This document shows, piece after piece, positions 28,701 to 32,323 of a stretch of 58,172 nt of DNA. The notes under the pieces were generated by a model that did not search any database, was not told the origin of the DNA, and worked only from the letters and a program-made list of their open reading frames with translations. The stretch covers positions 1 to 58,172 of the forward strand of contig JARQWU010000035.1 in assembly GCA_040182905.1 (NCBI GenBank), written 5' to 3'. The stretch comes from Barthelona sp. PAP020 (lineage: Eukaryota). Position 1 is the stretch's first letter; each line of letters starts with the position of its first letter. Made by a program: the position numbers and the translations under genes.

Positions 28701-31613
28701 AGTGATATCATTATTAAAGGTTAAATTAGCTATGGTATTTAGTCCTTCAATGAAAATATTAGAAGAATATAATAAAATTGCTAGTAAATGATCATCAAAA
28801 TATAATTTACCAAATAGATTGACTTTATTTCCTGAAAATTTCAAATATTTTGTATTTAAAAATGGTAACCATAAATCATTATCAAAATCAATTTGACAAT
28901 TTGTTAATTCAAGATGAGTATTTATTGATTGATTTAATGATAGTTTTATCATTGAATTATATACAATCAATTTTCCATTATTTTGTTGGAAATATCCTTC
29001 TTTAGGTCCAATATCTATAAAATTCTTATTATTTATATTAGAATTCTTTATCAAAATATCAGAATCATATATATCATCCAAAAAACATAAAATCTCATTT
29101 GAATTTTCAATAATCAATTGACTTTTATTGAAATAAATCCTACCTTTATTAATATCAACATTATCAACAGTTAAATTATTAACTAAATAAATAGAAAACC
29201 CTAATTGGTTCATTGATATTGTAAAAAGTTCAATATTATCACAATCTTCAAAATAAAGAGAACCAATATTAATTTCATTGATATTTAAACTTAAATTTCG
29301 AGAATTATAATAATAAAATTCACTTTCAACTGTTTGATTGGTATCAAAAATTAAATTATTAATCTCATGAAATTTAAAACTTGAAGAATAGATATCATTT
29401 AAATTTAAACCAAAATAATTATAAAAATACATTTCATTTGAAGAAACAAATCTTGAAATCATATTATTTATATGATTAAATGAAAACATTTCCAAATATT
29501 CAATATTTTCAGTGTAAAAATATGAATCATTAAATTCATAAACTTGTAATTTTAACGAATTTGCTTGATATAAATTAACAATTGATCCATTGATCATTTT
29601 TAAATTCATGCTGAATATTTCCATGGAATTCAAATATAAACTAAAATCATGATGTTCAAAATTGAATGTATATTGAAATTCATCGTTTGTTTCTGTTAAA
29701 AAATAACTTTTATACGAAAATACAGATACTCCATTGGTAAAACTTACGTTTTTACTTAAAGACCATCTTCCATGAAATAATAAATTAGAAGTATCAAAAT
29801 TGAAATTAAAACTTCCTCTGCCACTCAATTCTGAGTTTTCAATTATTGTTAATTTCCCATCAAATATATCAATAATCCCATCAATTAATAAATCCCCTTC
29901 AATACTTACTGAACTATCCCTTTGAATAATCATTAAACTATTTACTTTCAAATGAAATGAACCATATAAATTTAATACAATTTCACTGGTGAAATAATCA
30001 AAAATGAATTCAGATTCACTTTCAATTATAAAATTAGACCCTTCTTCCACATTCATTAACATTTTAGGATAGTTTGTACACACAAAATTATCAGGAATAA
30101 TATCATAATTACTTAAAATAAAAGTTGAATTAACTAAATATTCACCATGTGTCTCAAAAATTGTATTATGACAAGTTTTTAATAAAAATGGTGTTTGTAA
30201 TGCAAAATCACCATCATATCTTATCGTAGCACCATCTCCTAAAGTTAAATTAGAACCTATTTCAGTAAAAAAATATATATTAGTGTCAAATAAAAAAACT
30301 TTATTTGTACCAAAATAATGTTCACCATTATATAAATAGAATGATGAAAAAGCAATAAATGTTATATCACTAGTAATAGTCCCACCAAACCATTGCCAAA
30401 ATAAATCAATTTGTAATAAATCATTGGATTCGATTAAACATCCATCAAACATAGTCAAATTACCAATTCTACAAGTATGTCCAACATTCAATAAAATTTC
30501 ACCTCCATAACTCGTGATATTATCAAAATAAATGGGCATATTGATATTTAAAATTTCAAATGTTCCATCGTAAATAATCAAATCAAAATGGAAGAAAGTT
30601 TTATCATCTTGTCTAAAAGCAACACCTTCTTCAAAAATAACATTACCTGAATACATTACACAAGTAAAATCAAAATTTTCTAAATCCATTTCACTTTTAA
30701 ATGTAACTAAACCATTGGTAAGATTACCAATGTGAAATTCTTCAACTACAGCTTGTGAAGAAAATTCAAACTCAGAATCGACAATAATAGACTTTCCAGT
30801 TAATTTGGTAACCAAGGCTTTATCTAGAAATTTCGATCCATCATACAATTGTATTGAACCCTTACCATAAATTCTAGACATCACATTCAATTCAATTGTG
30901 GATTGTTTAGTTCCTATCAAATATGCATTTTCTCCTATTGCAATATCCGCAAATACGTCTAATCTATCTTGTATGACCAAATTCCCAAGCAAAGCAAACA
31001 CTGATCCAATGTGTTGAAGTTGTATTCCCATGAATAAAGTTCGATTTTTACTTACACTCAACACTCCATAAATTACAAAACTGGTGGATTGATCATTCGA
31101 AAAATATGTGTAAAAAGCAAAATCTCCATTAACAGACAAAACAGCATCCATATCCACATCAATAGAGACATCAGATCCAACAGTTAAACATCCATTTCCC
31201 AATGCAAAAACTCCTGTTGGAACAGTAATCTTCGAATTTGCACCTAACGAAAAATTCGTATTTCCTTGCACTGAAGTTATGTTGAAAAGAGCACCAGATG
31301 ATAAAGTTGCAATTCCAACAATGTCTCCAGAAAACCAAAAAAGTTGCGTCGCATAAATTTGACCTCCTGGAATAAAAAATATAGTTGGCCAACAAACGTT
31401 ATCTCCTATTTGAAATTCAAGTACATTAATTGGTTGTGAAATAGTAACATTCGAATTACATATTTTTACTTTCGAATATTCAGATGGAACTATACCATCA
31501 TTCCAACATGTACTTTCGAAAAAATCTCCTTCTGAACAAATAAATTCAGAGCAAAAAATAATATTAAACAAAAACAAAACTAATATACATCTTGATGTTA
31601 AAAATCGTATCAT
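1758..31613 (-). CDS. Giant 9,951-aa multi-pass surface protein with a beta-solenoid (autotransporter-passenger/Pmp-like) ectodomain, Cys-rich repeats and a multi-TM C-terminus
   Basis: 29,856-nt stop-free frame ending in TAG. Signal peptide MIRFLTSRCILVLFLFNIIFC, recurrent W/F-x-G-G-x-I motifs, HVDGLNGND..C..PCFTIDTAL, GGAIY/FxxN repeats, CxxCxxGxY repeats and about 8-9 hydrophobic helices at 1930-2900. Confidence 0.92.
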   Translation of the reverse strand: MIRFLTSRCILVLFLFNIIFCSEFICSEGDFFESTCWNDGIVPSEYSKVKICNSNVTISQPINVLEFQIGDNVCWPTIFFIPGGQIYATQLFWFSGDIVGIATLSSGALFNITSVQGNTNFSLGANSKITVPTGVFALGNGCLTVGSDVSIDVDMDAVLSVNGDFAFYTYFSNDQSTSFVIYGVLSVSKNRTLFMGIQLQHIGSVFALLGNLVIQDRLDVFADIAIGENAYLIGTKQSTIELNVMSRIYGKGSIQLYDGSKFLDKALVTKLTGKSIIVDSEFEFSSQAVVEEFHIGNLTNGLVTFKSEMDLENFDFTCVMYSGNVIFEEGVAFRQDDKTFFHFDLIIYDGTFEILNINMPIYFDNITSYGGEILLNVGHTCRIGNLTMFDGCLIESNDLLQIDLFWQWFGGTITSDITFIAFSSFYLYNGEHYFGTNKVFLFDTNIYFFTEIGSNLTLGDGATIRYDGDFALQTPFLLKTCHNTIFETHGEYLVNSTFILSNYDIIPDNFVCTNYPKMLMNVEEGSNFIIESESEFIFDYFTSEIVLNLYGSFHLKVNSLMIIQRDSSVSIEGDLLIDGIIDIFDGKLTIIENSELSGRGSFNFNFDTSNLLFHGRWSLSKNVSFTNGVSVFSYKSYFLTETNDEFQYTFNFEHHDFSLYLNSMEIFSMNLKMINGSIVNLYQANSLKLQVYEFNDSYFYTENIEYLEMFSFNHINNMISRFVSSNEMYFYNYFGLNLNDIYSSSFKFHEINNLIFDTNQTVESEFYYYNSRNLSLNINEINIGSLYFEDCDNIELFTISMNQLGFSIYLVNNLTVDNVDINKGRIYFNKSQLIIENSNEILCFLDDIYDSDILIKNSNINNKNFIDIGPKEGYFQQNNGKLIVYNSMIKLSLNQSINTHLELTNCQIDFDNDLWLPFLNTKYLKFSGNKVNLFGKLYFDDHLLAILLYSSNIFIEGLNTIANLTFNNDITKINEFHYGGIYFNGFSSNFSIENLKLFDDVKIIYIDDIVLNILNQFNITEDIVFNFAQNTRLNFLESSNIIISQNFTLEGICLGVNISGNIYLKNQGFLNMECKNIYIGQNSHFDVITNYIYLGYTTIFEGIYNCTKDCKGIYVGKERIYNDTNFYFNNTELSYTFTENSQILKNKEAESASFYTKINDIVIYIQGRFDLITNFNDSEVKYYFTNAIVSINSIFLGKKDSEFDSVLNFQNCQSINSTWNITKINLENSQLLLETTNVLNVSTIYINENAILTLKNVDIEIDSMLIENGRLIGPFDMNIYNKFHWFEGILENFAVINMKTKDLKIITGKHYFFNSAKIIYPYNFTFFENETLVYSNTNSVFDFGENIFDNLIINAPVQFIVESTQLVVFPSDVLTNLDINLSFSYPSGWPQIICHGDLTINNTIRLDNQLLLGGSLIVQSGSTFVSKGGLLFSSDIILADVSLGEEPSTIDAQGPIIVLPNVVLKGEGSDFTASQGGHVRFGGIWNISTKIHVESGIFQFLPGCIFNFTHVSVEGGMIIFHSIPETLDEWVIEEVAIDGGEIIMKDFTKQLIIKYLRVLGGKFVTENFRIPPIINGMILEGGDVTFGPQDEPLEFSIIYIIGASLEINTGFDINVDYLYIGRNSSLKSSDQIFVKKRAIFAGGTIDANIFVVSNAFTYFVGNETNPITNETYSVKIIDKLLTLNSPTIILPNSKIEMIYNGHLLFNNDVHILGNFSFLSPYYYHEVRNSFVDIPSNIKVLVHTLDTLMSYSDRNIVDDLFIIVGNEVNYEIQKDGYIFEILSGSWDFNGTLEALDATINGSITFGVMKTFNLNNEWYLPNFNHIVKRGIVNFKEYYHFNGNEFEIVGGYVIFRGKVNLSTRKLIIKDGSFSVGHTFKTNIDDIYLNNANFNLCGKVEDITKKFFWKLDNLISINSDLYFKDCYFEFIVENLTQISGSHLTMKDFYRLNVSGLEGNNNIFVLNTSEIIMDSTKELTATYINTTDIKLFSVKDGYLKMNRALFIKNTNQLSVYEFNIIDIESSTLYIKKMHHELDLIKADKIIDIYYSNLNISNIQLNCNELFFSPNNRRMDIDNTEALYRQRLRVYYNNYINITYFTGENVPAQIVENTYFYIYQFINNGYDILIQDNTHFSALNMYIAFSTNYYFNLAYLFDNDYENGKFDTIRGSGNYFYIEHLAFANGQWRYADAAMLFSTFTFRSGLIQGTGKLFFDNITFTSDNNKCIQKERELVIRNTGIWDQNNILNGGSIIVEETAKMIVNTRTSTVSAGSLGIPSSQLTYFWYGSFDFHGNSSLFHTMGDANRLILEFQKFIVRENAIVTIKSTYQINRIIEIYGTLIIESDVYFGQESESDYLRLHEGGRLICENPGKISFGTHVYIYGNYSVDNFYQHLRDFYAYPTAFLKLSLVTVEDDKLVQIDGVNNKQILEIDRLIVRGTFILKNVKVFNNSVETVVSLGAVSLNTEINYHQNQLKVIRSSYSATDIVANYVHFEGSSIYLDLLNVTTFNIVYNTAAHLYFRRGGIINLLNQAYIQGTIYLTTGTLQIINHNYLQMISATFNNNAESENVKLILINYKDFVVTGNTQSSLMNYYGSTVFSYNTTIIKAKSTLDLRYTKMINEGHLLVENTGKLRGSGHCIDCLINKANSILEVYGTNWLLFSYSNNYVYTYGKFVSTSLYHYTTGSHYIYTKDIDVNIVDIRSGGHLYVKDNIQLNSQDTFSKFFARAGHIHWNYNHTINIAQLETSSAGSIIMQLTNSNFLVDTMALDDGTAHTTDITFLNGTFKVDSYSSISGVLILRNSNSSIIFEEFSSTGAVYIYTVPLNVYFNQNKLVNKGIFHVYDVDGTIVNPFIENSGNMQLYRIKKKLPATNIVNSGTFILNDYDTYFVMDIIINNGVFKLLNIPYNITVESFTTGSSSKTILDNFKNFTFDSLIAGTNCEFTVSNFDYVFGKTINNAGNFYFTNLFDFYVDGITTSKGFYINVVDLGVMIDSIVNTHTVIIKNIGTNITSDTLENRGRMEINTVEYVNIPSIKNIKGSISSSHLTIKNIEKEVNINSLYISGDINCFIDTVEKVFISILNVLNGGNMENWRTTDSILNNITNSQSTILFNTIDYVTFDNMINDGVSTFEKIRDLVFGLYSQPSNKGVFNFIQILQNITIGYDLHADFGTMNFENFPYSQHFGFLNLCNGTMRFDTNQPVYVDYIKVFDSSTLKGNDLVYVSEFVHWFGGTIQDISLNVTDNFLVIDVKVHSWINAKLLDALAILIPESSIITGDRGYWIVTKRSQIKFSGEVPYLKSASSSYTQVISHVDVDILNGFVWEWYIHAIEHFNVSQGSMSFKFGSGIFEKYVIFNENVEMFIYAGKYVFMENSIITPQSLNVTVQNHGCLGTFDSIPGTNGMYIYGQFEPPVIYSNSGGYVLFEPLSLQRLNTIEIQSKGCVVLNDPAYLDSRTIMHVEPKCYYQGLFAIVNSGFDILFDMWEISDYCEFEFRDLYRSEITLIPIDLTNGGRFRFKDTDLTDENMWKTNLEMPYLSINHSQAIVEVNTGISVHMTELFLNAQLLEGKDYIYLDYMNWNGGTIVECTMEASDMVIDGSNLKVLDDLAVIHSVNNLLINETGKVNIDIGSTIYFEGNTTVLENQQFYGSGSTVFNSTTEIDCSWELFCISEFKKEANTYISDQNTLAISVSTINGRFEFENVSEIILKSSNYLFDNDSQLIGSSGYLTYSAGTTVTFKGIWNISEHFEQTVDAKFIITEPARVNIKTMYVSAGYVSLNNVQSLTDEDGSWELDKSTTSGSGRIHFNKFENKMELKVLEINGGITSFSEVTEFAEYEQVIINTGYVVFDSGCNIDVNGCVVKLKRLEIHDGWRVGGDTLEVEELLWTGGGFIQNAKTRVTKNMEITGSARKWLGQNHKMYVYDGLHINARTTLTSCSGENYIYYYGQNSSLVGNLTFQAGIRGILRFSNPIIGYPAYYIDNYGQYKLGCGTDSWLCSAEAIVYEPLLAKLPRHLSCVVTYQYSNEANEGNGYIAQEVAYRLLPQQGIHLRLQPNSTFTINSTGILYVPHASLIVNGLLLNYGIVELLRPLIVSEHGNFQFAGTDGILKLSGGENVIYGAMTDVDNETTGQIIFEHFLIQTRTWKSKYDLGYYCHFEEAAIRFKNESFFNCSTVGKSTVSSWYMDSGAKWILQNFFVNRQIQTYSCRYKDTPDHPPPGFDPFYHYTIMGTVFVYEDAFIDSLYISGGYMYVYGSVIENNRLFVQSGALVGRPTPSSNGEEEEELNPFEELMNIDIYAIINVYESLIWSGGYFSNHFEVNAYCRIVATGTSTKYVSDFSRLVSFETSSFEASGPLVLDNGSQYINQGIINITSSMVFNGVGGSRSSFINNGTVLINYPASSVTFKIGFSSAKNSKLDVNYGTLKILEGGHFYGNINITNSNAKVFVGERTYQVKWANDDIFFYHGSNFEMWGLLYVYEGYNNTVGSVWFGSTFFSNTTLFVRGGDLHFFDNCTLIQMDSIDIDYGLVEFYEVSHIVYIFYISQHNGIINFYTDKVVYIDRLELRNGIRGGTDQVYIVEYLDWKGGGLGEDSTTIILNEASIKRSSLAILGENATLINEKKIDFPAAIVGDGFSITEVVQFIAYNNSRIINNHILQFHHKLSLDVCENCTSHLINNGTIYVNESTYISLILENYDYFTVSSSELHLINGGFSHQVFEFASAVTYVAGAKFILYNTSEWTVKKGVVNFLYNGIIEVYGLMDFTDLRLFFDVPIEMENANPDQNYGNLNIYNSAQFANNSKMTVAGPNVTFYEMSSPLSFEKLQLKRGYALFYSKAPIEVNYMEISGGFRGGVDPLIIVKELIWQSGGLMGNGTTTSLNSTRFKNIVELDPELMEILPDLKIKILEDSVFNNSGYAGTEFRSSFYGDPNSRLINFGEFAFLQKCRWLTANVSESTTYENITRTYNNKDYTLTNYTGMPLWINEGYVHGVDNDEYLETFWRMRLNNGVFLGNQKLLIFGRGIDAVAGKLVFNNTLTFAEDYIFLQNSSIYGHNVKMNVEKDVTLVFEGIYCITGEESLLTGEGEIVFTETTSFCEEAYINLCGLNLTFFGEKKFKGLGLDCNSFRKGPGTLNLTILKLKYGGFDDESITNVFSTLDIMGPNAEQKVLGENVTLCNYGSGSIESGGDLTLYKNSSFYNMQDCLFHICGDSSFIGNEGYLINNGNFSKDYSCADNSKASIEVNLIQYFNGTIFIGNGELLIEPPYSFIDGVIEFGVDGVMNLEEDVSFKGIGNVSVACESQINLNGFEWEINRMMFITEFDCDYIVKDGSYKFTNRSKQLISSLVISSNGEMILNNSEICSIETGVIESDGIFSVFDTSDKVIFDDLSVIAGNINGFGTILVNNSIIKKLFMSDVIVEVNNTEFKSGSKIFKNVEVYVNESMVFNSGDLIIDDSYIEIEDKANLSFTSEHSVTGNNTLLLTKHDSFIINDNSADTEINVCTKIFGNVLNNGTLIFNANNYCSSNIVAFDGSILNYGTLIQTGSDLLVNGDVINNAIIKVDKDSSLFFNDTNIESLSGSFISNGLLSFKNTSVDNLLADYLTGEIQLENTNVNIFNITNKNNGAYVRLINSSISTLYFDDCYRTNIYIDNCVIDELLIDAKSQCLFDSYDSTVNINEMTLKDSIFTQNSGFIGYNTDISMFNSSLNVLNEADYRISKQTTVLEGSHLYFGKGNSTEIIIDSLTLKDKSSVEGIININDFIFKGGSIHKGIYDILNFNMTSIETKVFEENVTVNVFEEANWRDGEINGFSNTTLNILKDALFNITVENTTMDTPIVDYEKKPLLNLIGNMTVYGSPTIKWRVNTSFVFIASDGHLYLGGNVTCDDSTFKVMSNGKLELIGGFYGSETCYLRGEGSLRVTSNVSYVVLDGYLSLRDEVFVSDGLLDLRTAEIDYISLNWIGGIVLMRKMKGCEVVIMEMLDDHLSFIENNTLCNVTVYQFYSDYLDFGPSILDGVIIKNMYSDAVLIFHDGSIIQELSLPNIVDGLVKFENNLTLNIVSFDQHGGNVHLCRDANVTLDVTCLHLDGGNITFEDYSLSNHDIVPCISAHEDSLVNFNFSSHHFNVSQLLTNGSATINTIDSNETVFIRDEWNWLGGGIGKDSTILTSFNGNLKIKLSTCNTHFIDSYSSLLIRNGIFEILSLNCGYLRFGEDSHLIFEKNTLLNVSETDQFFTFDCFAGLECSKQTLLFTDFTLFDIYSRIYLKVPVFVNETAVTRIHDSKAYIKAHFELNGTLCMDSTSVLYVYDEMVINGNITCYGEVHIMTGGRLRIFGYSDRHIKYFVSGGTIEFMKGCYINGLTLQIDVGIANVYGDIWGPSNIVNIGGGFYVFKDGFIHHLVLYQTDSSVCITVFYSEAHLNCDNGKFSLNDGDFLLDDSVYLSSTNLTIEVSEGNVEWRTKFNSTLSYLRVYGGVMFFNLTAEFYVMDVLLSSGTLWSLKTMHFNGTWNWLDGTLRGSQIICQNNSIGFINIKTTAYLDVDNIIIDGDAYVNYLKGRIIFVNNAKWINYGAIYFENTGNIQLSYDVSCNGICGIYSYGNMTQKTGVSYYVSINVPYYQRSKSVAKWYRVSYTNIVHIDSLAFVDIIYEFKCTSGSNVTFSEDVHIFGDGNILLYGIGDISCTFNMTGNVKVIGAVSNVTFREDMILHNFTLYIVTAIARFDVGNNLLSVYKLRIFIQSSGELILGDRVVLPHLDYIEITGGSILTIENGGSLFLNNTIMLCAGSVFDVVGYVNVTDFNMTELNADMCTIKFRSTVSQWLGIDRLILNGGTLSQTHFIHFNIGNAIFDNNMKWDGSGAVFIDTLDFYYGSLYGCSFGVNRTNVYTTNMKDISVFINTKYFFTVGRVYIDGNSKNGLIIVEKYCELNVNGVFRDYGNNLTVLGVLNVTSNYDNTYFTMYWNLRVQFGNICGLRIYGTISQFLYDITIKHTTCYLDIRSNVYFFKSSKIFGRGNLISTTDKGYVTVYGLTDFEGVFKSINDGFIGFYSADIYNCTLHASNSRIFVDALSRIDNIGLISEYSNAKLDILATAPITLTQTSLFLLVIDSGTIILDGIDMLWDSTKVIVKGSTGKLHVYKGDFIGWDVSFNLVNGEIYFANEFHHNFSCSNLTISDGLFNYNSSTILNCTDMYFLGGIKDGLTPLNGDFVHFKGGIIQNKTILTIHKELIFEPNCNISIQHEHIVYNLNNAMFNEGKITLGKNVKFINEKTGNFTLSGGSIKTSVVSEEYIPKIINYGLFTKRSNEFFIVETSFINMYESLLLIKEGGLSVAIDSYNDGNIQLFNDTKLELKGNFNFDKNSHFIGDKTSILNVNSNLASILLGGLYDMDGLTVVTSGALNITDSAIIIEMNLVSEGGRTSFLSGSNIPLLNLNVSNGEVNFFKNSTITCINDVIQTGGYIGLHAESNLTISGFKLTSTGGLFEILENVNASMTNSTLNFEGGNMNLKEMSLSDITVDKLFINSSSKVVFNDSDTPIPINYLDMATDGMLLHSNIDVVHGRIGKAYINGVSMSTFEEMVIEGDLIVGDNHSLNITKSITFVNTGSLTLGCNSSLNIEKDVIMIISSSGFIKTKESCANSVTINNRGTIVKKESTTFVWKLDLSNHENGLFKIDNGTLILEEIIISNGNITINDDGTLHISNTGEMRSLNEGYVLNTGLIMNEGHLIMNGMVDVFGLIKNIKDVYVNAVGKSFIIENELDLLLIDSIFALFDMNNKQFGVGNIENSTINSSILKSMNGSILVVDSRLNVSAISFVDSDLEITNSFFNHSGMIEFLKSNITVTETNFFVESALMTFSSSNMTIMDQTFVKFGLNETKIIESTIDMTTDKIVLKNYDLYVVDSEVNIVSNVYGSVNISKMNIEQSSVLLKNLDLFESNISLNSINSIIDMVDTRQINVYIEEISLGESTLNISGVKDLDRIMFICSVINLENSKLDLISNGKSGNISLLDVQLNDNSSVNLNVSNISIKLSVILESTSYFKLSRFTYVDFDNSNVTLDRSDFMLDNISLLNFDVKELNLNESLLLVSSVNHTIGEINEIHLNDSSLFIESNMGDVNVSEIEMTNYSNLTHNIEVYAQNSSFISDFIDGNGNTTVCNVIFGNDFTVLKGHTLDIVCKAELIGDIRLDCDSELMISNNTILTLENSSSIYTSMKNNITCDATLINYGIVEKIGGNASNIHVKLINYGNVVSNDGTLNIGHVNKSIGVNYGSIRAIDNIEILMMKFMKDSTIDASNGSLYVKENVTNEGYITGNIVLLDSLTSTNSSVFNHSFIHVVQNNSVILKGNLFECVLNNKGNTTVNGNLTDITILNDAILRLDGIDSYNVSIDTKSELMIVNSVCDDYKMVVENGIVDVNNTRIGFNLFEIKDDGMFFSTSDAHLNVSQCVLRSAGQLVINNSELIASTIISSGFTLIEQDNNRFKNIIVNGGNFTIDCEEKMFIIDEISVNTGNFTTFDANITKIMIDSVFNCMNCSVNTMHLNGLLNMTGDINIVNFEESFEITNSTIHINTIVSDDISNKGIISKNTSIYLDTLQENGLNFSISCKINDDKCGFVEIDDMIKLENCNIEMKLPVYLNFNNITLINSDYVVEELNMNKNTSVYLDESLFKSYQRIYINETQEIRGNGIIEGTVVNDGTLKSENLLIFNGDVKLSENSIVYSELDATTDETKQYQVNGHIDLNGQFIIDFNPETLMEPLKYPFIKYQTHQGTFTADPIMSCGSAFNFVYNDTLFYADLTHSFDSSLLSVAHVDGLNGNDNLCCGYVEDPCFTIDTALKRTENNSTLILHNTIDIKKQLFVGNERNVVMIGKDNAMIVSNITEALFRVISLGALKHWEIKNIEFNNVSRLLDFHGVDLNFVNNTICNSSTLKVGNVIKSPSIQLINSNCLINNVSIVNSTGYIELVRSTIDINKYASVNGYQLRFKNSWVIIDNSSFKQYNNKSIIFAQTIVSMTNSKIEDVTGIESTNSELVFENVLFDSENHITLTESSLNYEISDSNLPYFEGIQSEVILMNFSLSQNSTQRPISLFDGSIKFENCFIGDLNISKSVIVGKDSDIQLKECQILNINASKPLIDLFDCSLFVENSQFKNINLSNSQIFVQTDNFNLRGSTKIINSTFDEISTSADFGSVISTDMPLTVLDSSFSNCSSVFAGGAIYVENNILFNNVTFMGNMVSSGVGGAIASLESNGNLNIELLQQFYEGKVENQTSSNNKLSNITCIENSAAIGGCFYTNRKKLPLIADFINVNNFASLYGSNFASDARLVNVTVLNSTSMDEDPIYSINLHVLDGFNSIVQTDSNRMFEIATTTSSIALQGERSGQTIHGTGNINGFSISGIPADHTIQVYTPGLPTVDVILSILVCNAGEGIIDGECQKCKPGTYNPEKSSHACYSCEVGQWTSQEGATACEPCLAGTYRGEDDNECQRCDENSYANTIENAECISCPLTMVASESRTFCECSGAMFEFEPGICSTCPVGMTCFGGNLTCINAGYFQDTDGVVRECRGDGCLGNCQNMNSSEVNDLQVILCNEGTTGSACDVCEDGYFTAVPRCIKCPSSILIIAIVSALTIFNLAILYVFYKDSTLGNVTTAPLLNAVLFFQCLGVLRRVIPIKLSSSLFWACLTFDYMFLDVTRSKLLDCLLYTADTPYYRVISIGSLCGAAGIVFFTNRKKANNLRNVSKMTFVSLITPLSISVFESISTVPRNNSYVLTTMPMITFGSTEYIPLLIISFLGLLGVISLLFLITRSFSAKNGDFDNSKEKEPLISMFKSNVKMSIFRFVLFPIIFGLLGSIATPMPFIQNSVMLIVVIVFLLLNVNTNSFQSEKMYRLYNLELMFISLILMMAFAFSLNSSDSTSSESIGNIFTFCSAIIGFIVIYEVYKAFVSGKINVKDDNSPSFMHNQIKNPILSLEHQFWEENSTNKRRSSSSIPVDIFQF
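2900..3480 (-). other. Cys-rich (ephrin-receptor-like / GCC2-GCC3-type) repeats before the TM region
   Basis: CKPGTYNPEKSSHACYSCEVGQWTSQEGATACEPCLAGTY...CNEGTTGSACDVCEDGYF. Confidence 0.8.
31551..31613 (-). other. Signal peptide of the giant protein
   Basis: Basic N-terminus followed by hydrophobic CILVLFLFNIIFC and a plausible cleavage before SE. Confidence 0.75.
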
Positions 31614-32323
31614 TCAAAGTAAATAAATTGGTATTTAAAACCAAAATCAAAAAAAAAAATTGTAAAAGAAATCCAAAAAAAAAACGAAAAAAAATAAATT
31701 TTATCTAAATACTCGTTTGGGTACAGGTTCTAATTGAAAAAAGATTCTTAATAAGAATTATTTCCCCAAAAAAAAAGATTCGATCATCAACAAATCTTGC
31801 TTCTTCATGTGTTTTAATTGAAATTATTCTCCAATTATTTATCATAGTAACTTTTTTTAAAAAAATGTGAGAGTTTTTGAATGAAAGAAGTCAAATATTC
31901 TGTTTGATTGCTTTTTTTTTTTTTTGAACAATCTTTTGTTCCAAAATCCTTTTAAATAAAGAGATTGGATATAAAATACAAATATTGTTTATCAAGTGAA
32001 ATCTATTTGGAATAAATAGTTTTCATCTCTTTTTGGTTTCTATTTTTAAAACTTCAATATTGTTCAAAAATTAAATTAAACTTACAAGTAAAATTTTTTT
32101 TGTTATCTGTAATATACGCTTAAATCGACAATTAAAAAAAAAAATTAAACATATAAATTGAATTGAAATTTTTATTTGATTTCATATTGAATGTATCATT
32201 TTTATTAAAAAAAACAGCAACCTGTTTTGAAACTTCAGCAAAAAAAAAAATCTTCAAAAAGGATATTTTTCTGACTGAAACAAAAAAAGATAAATTTTTG
32301 AAAACATGAAAAAAAAAACCTAT

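Noticed and set aside
1975..31395. Dozens of 60-143-aa ORFs overlapping the giant gene
   Set aside because: These are antisense or alternate-frame shadows expected from the codon bias of a long ORF, and they carry no motifs.
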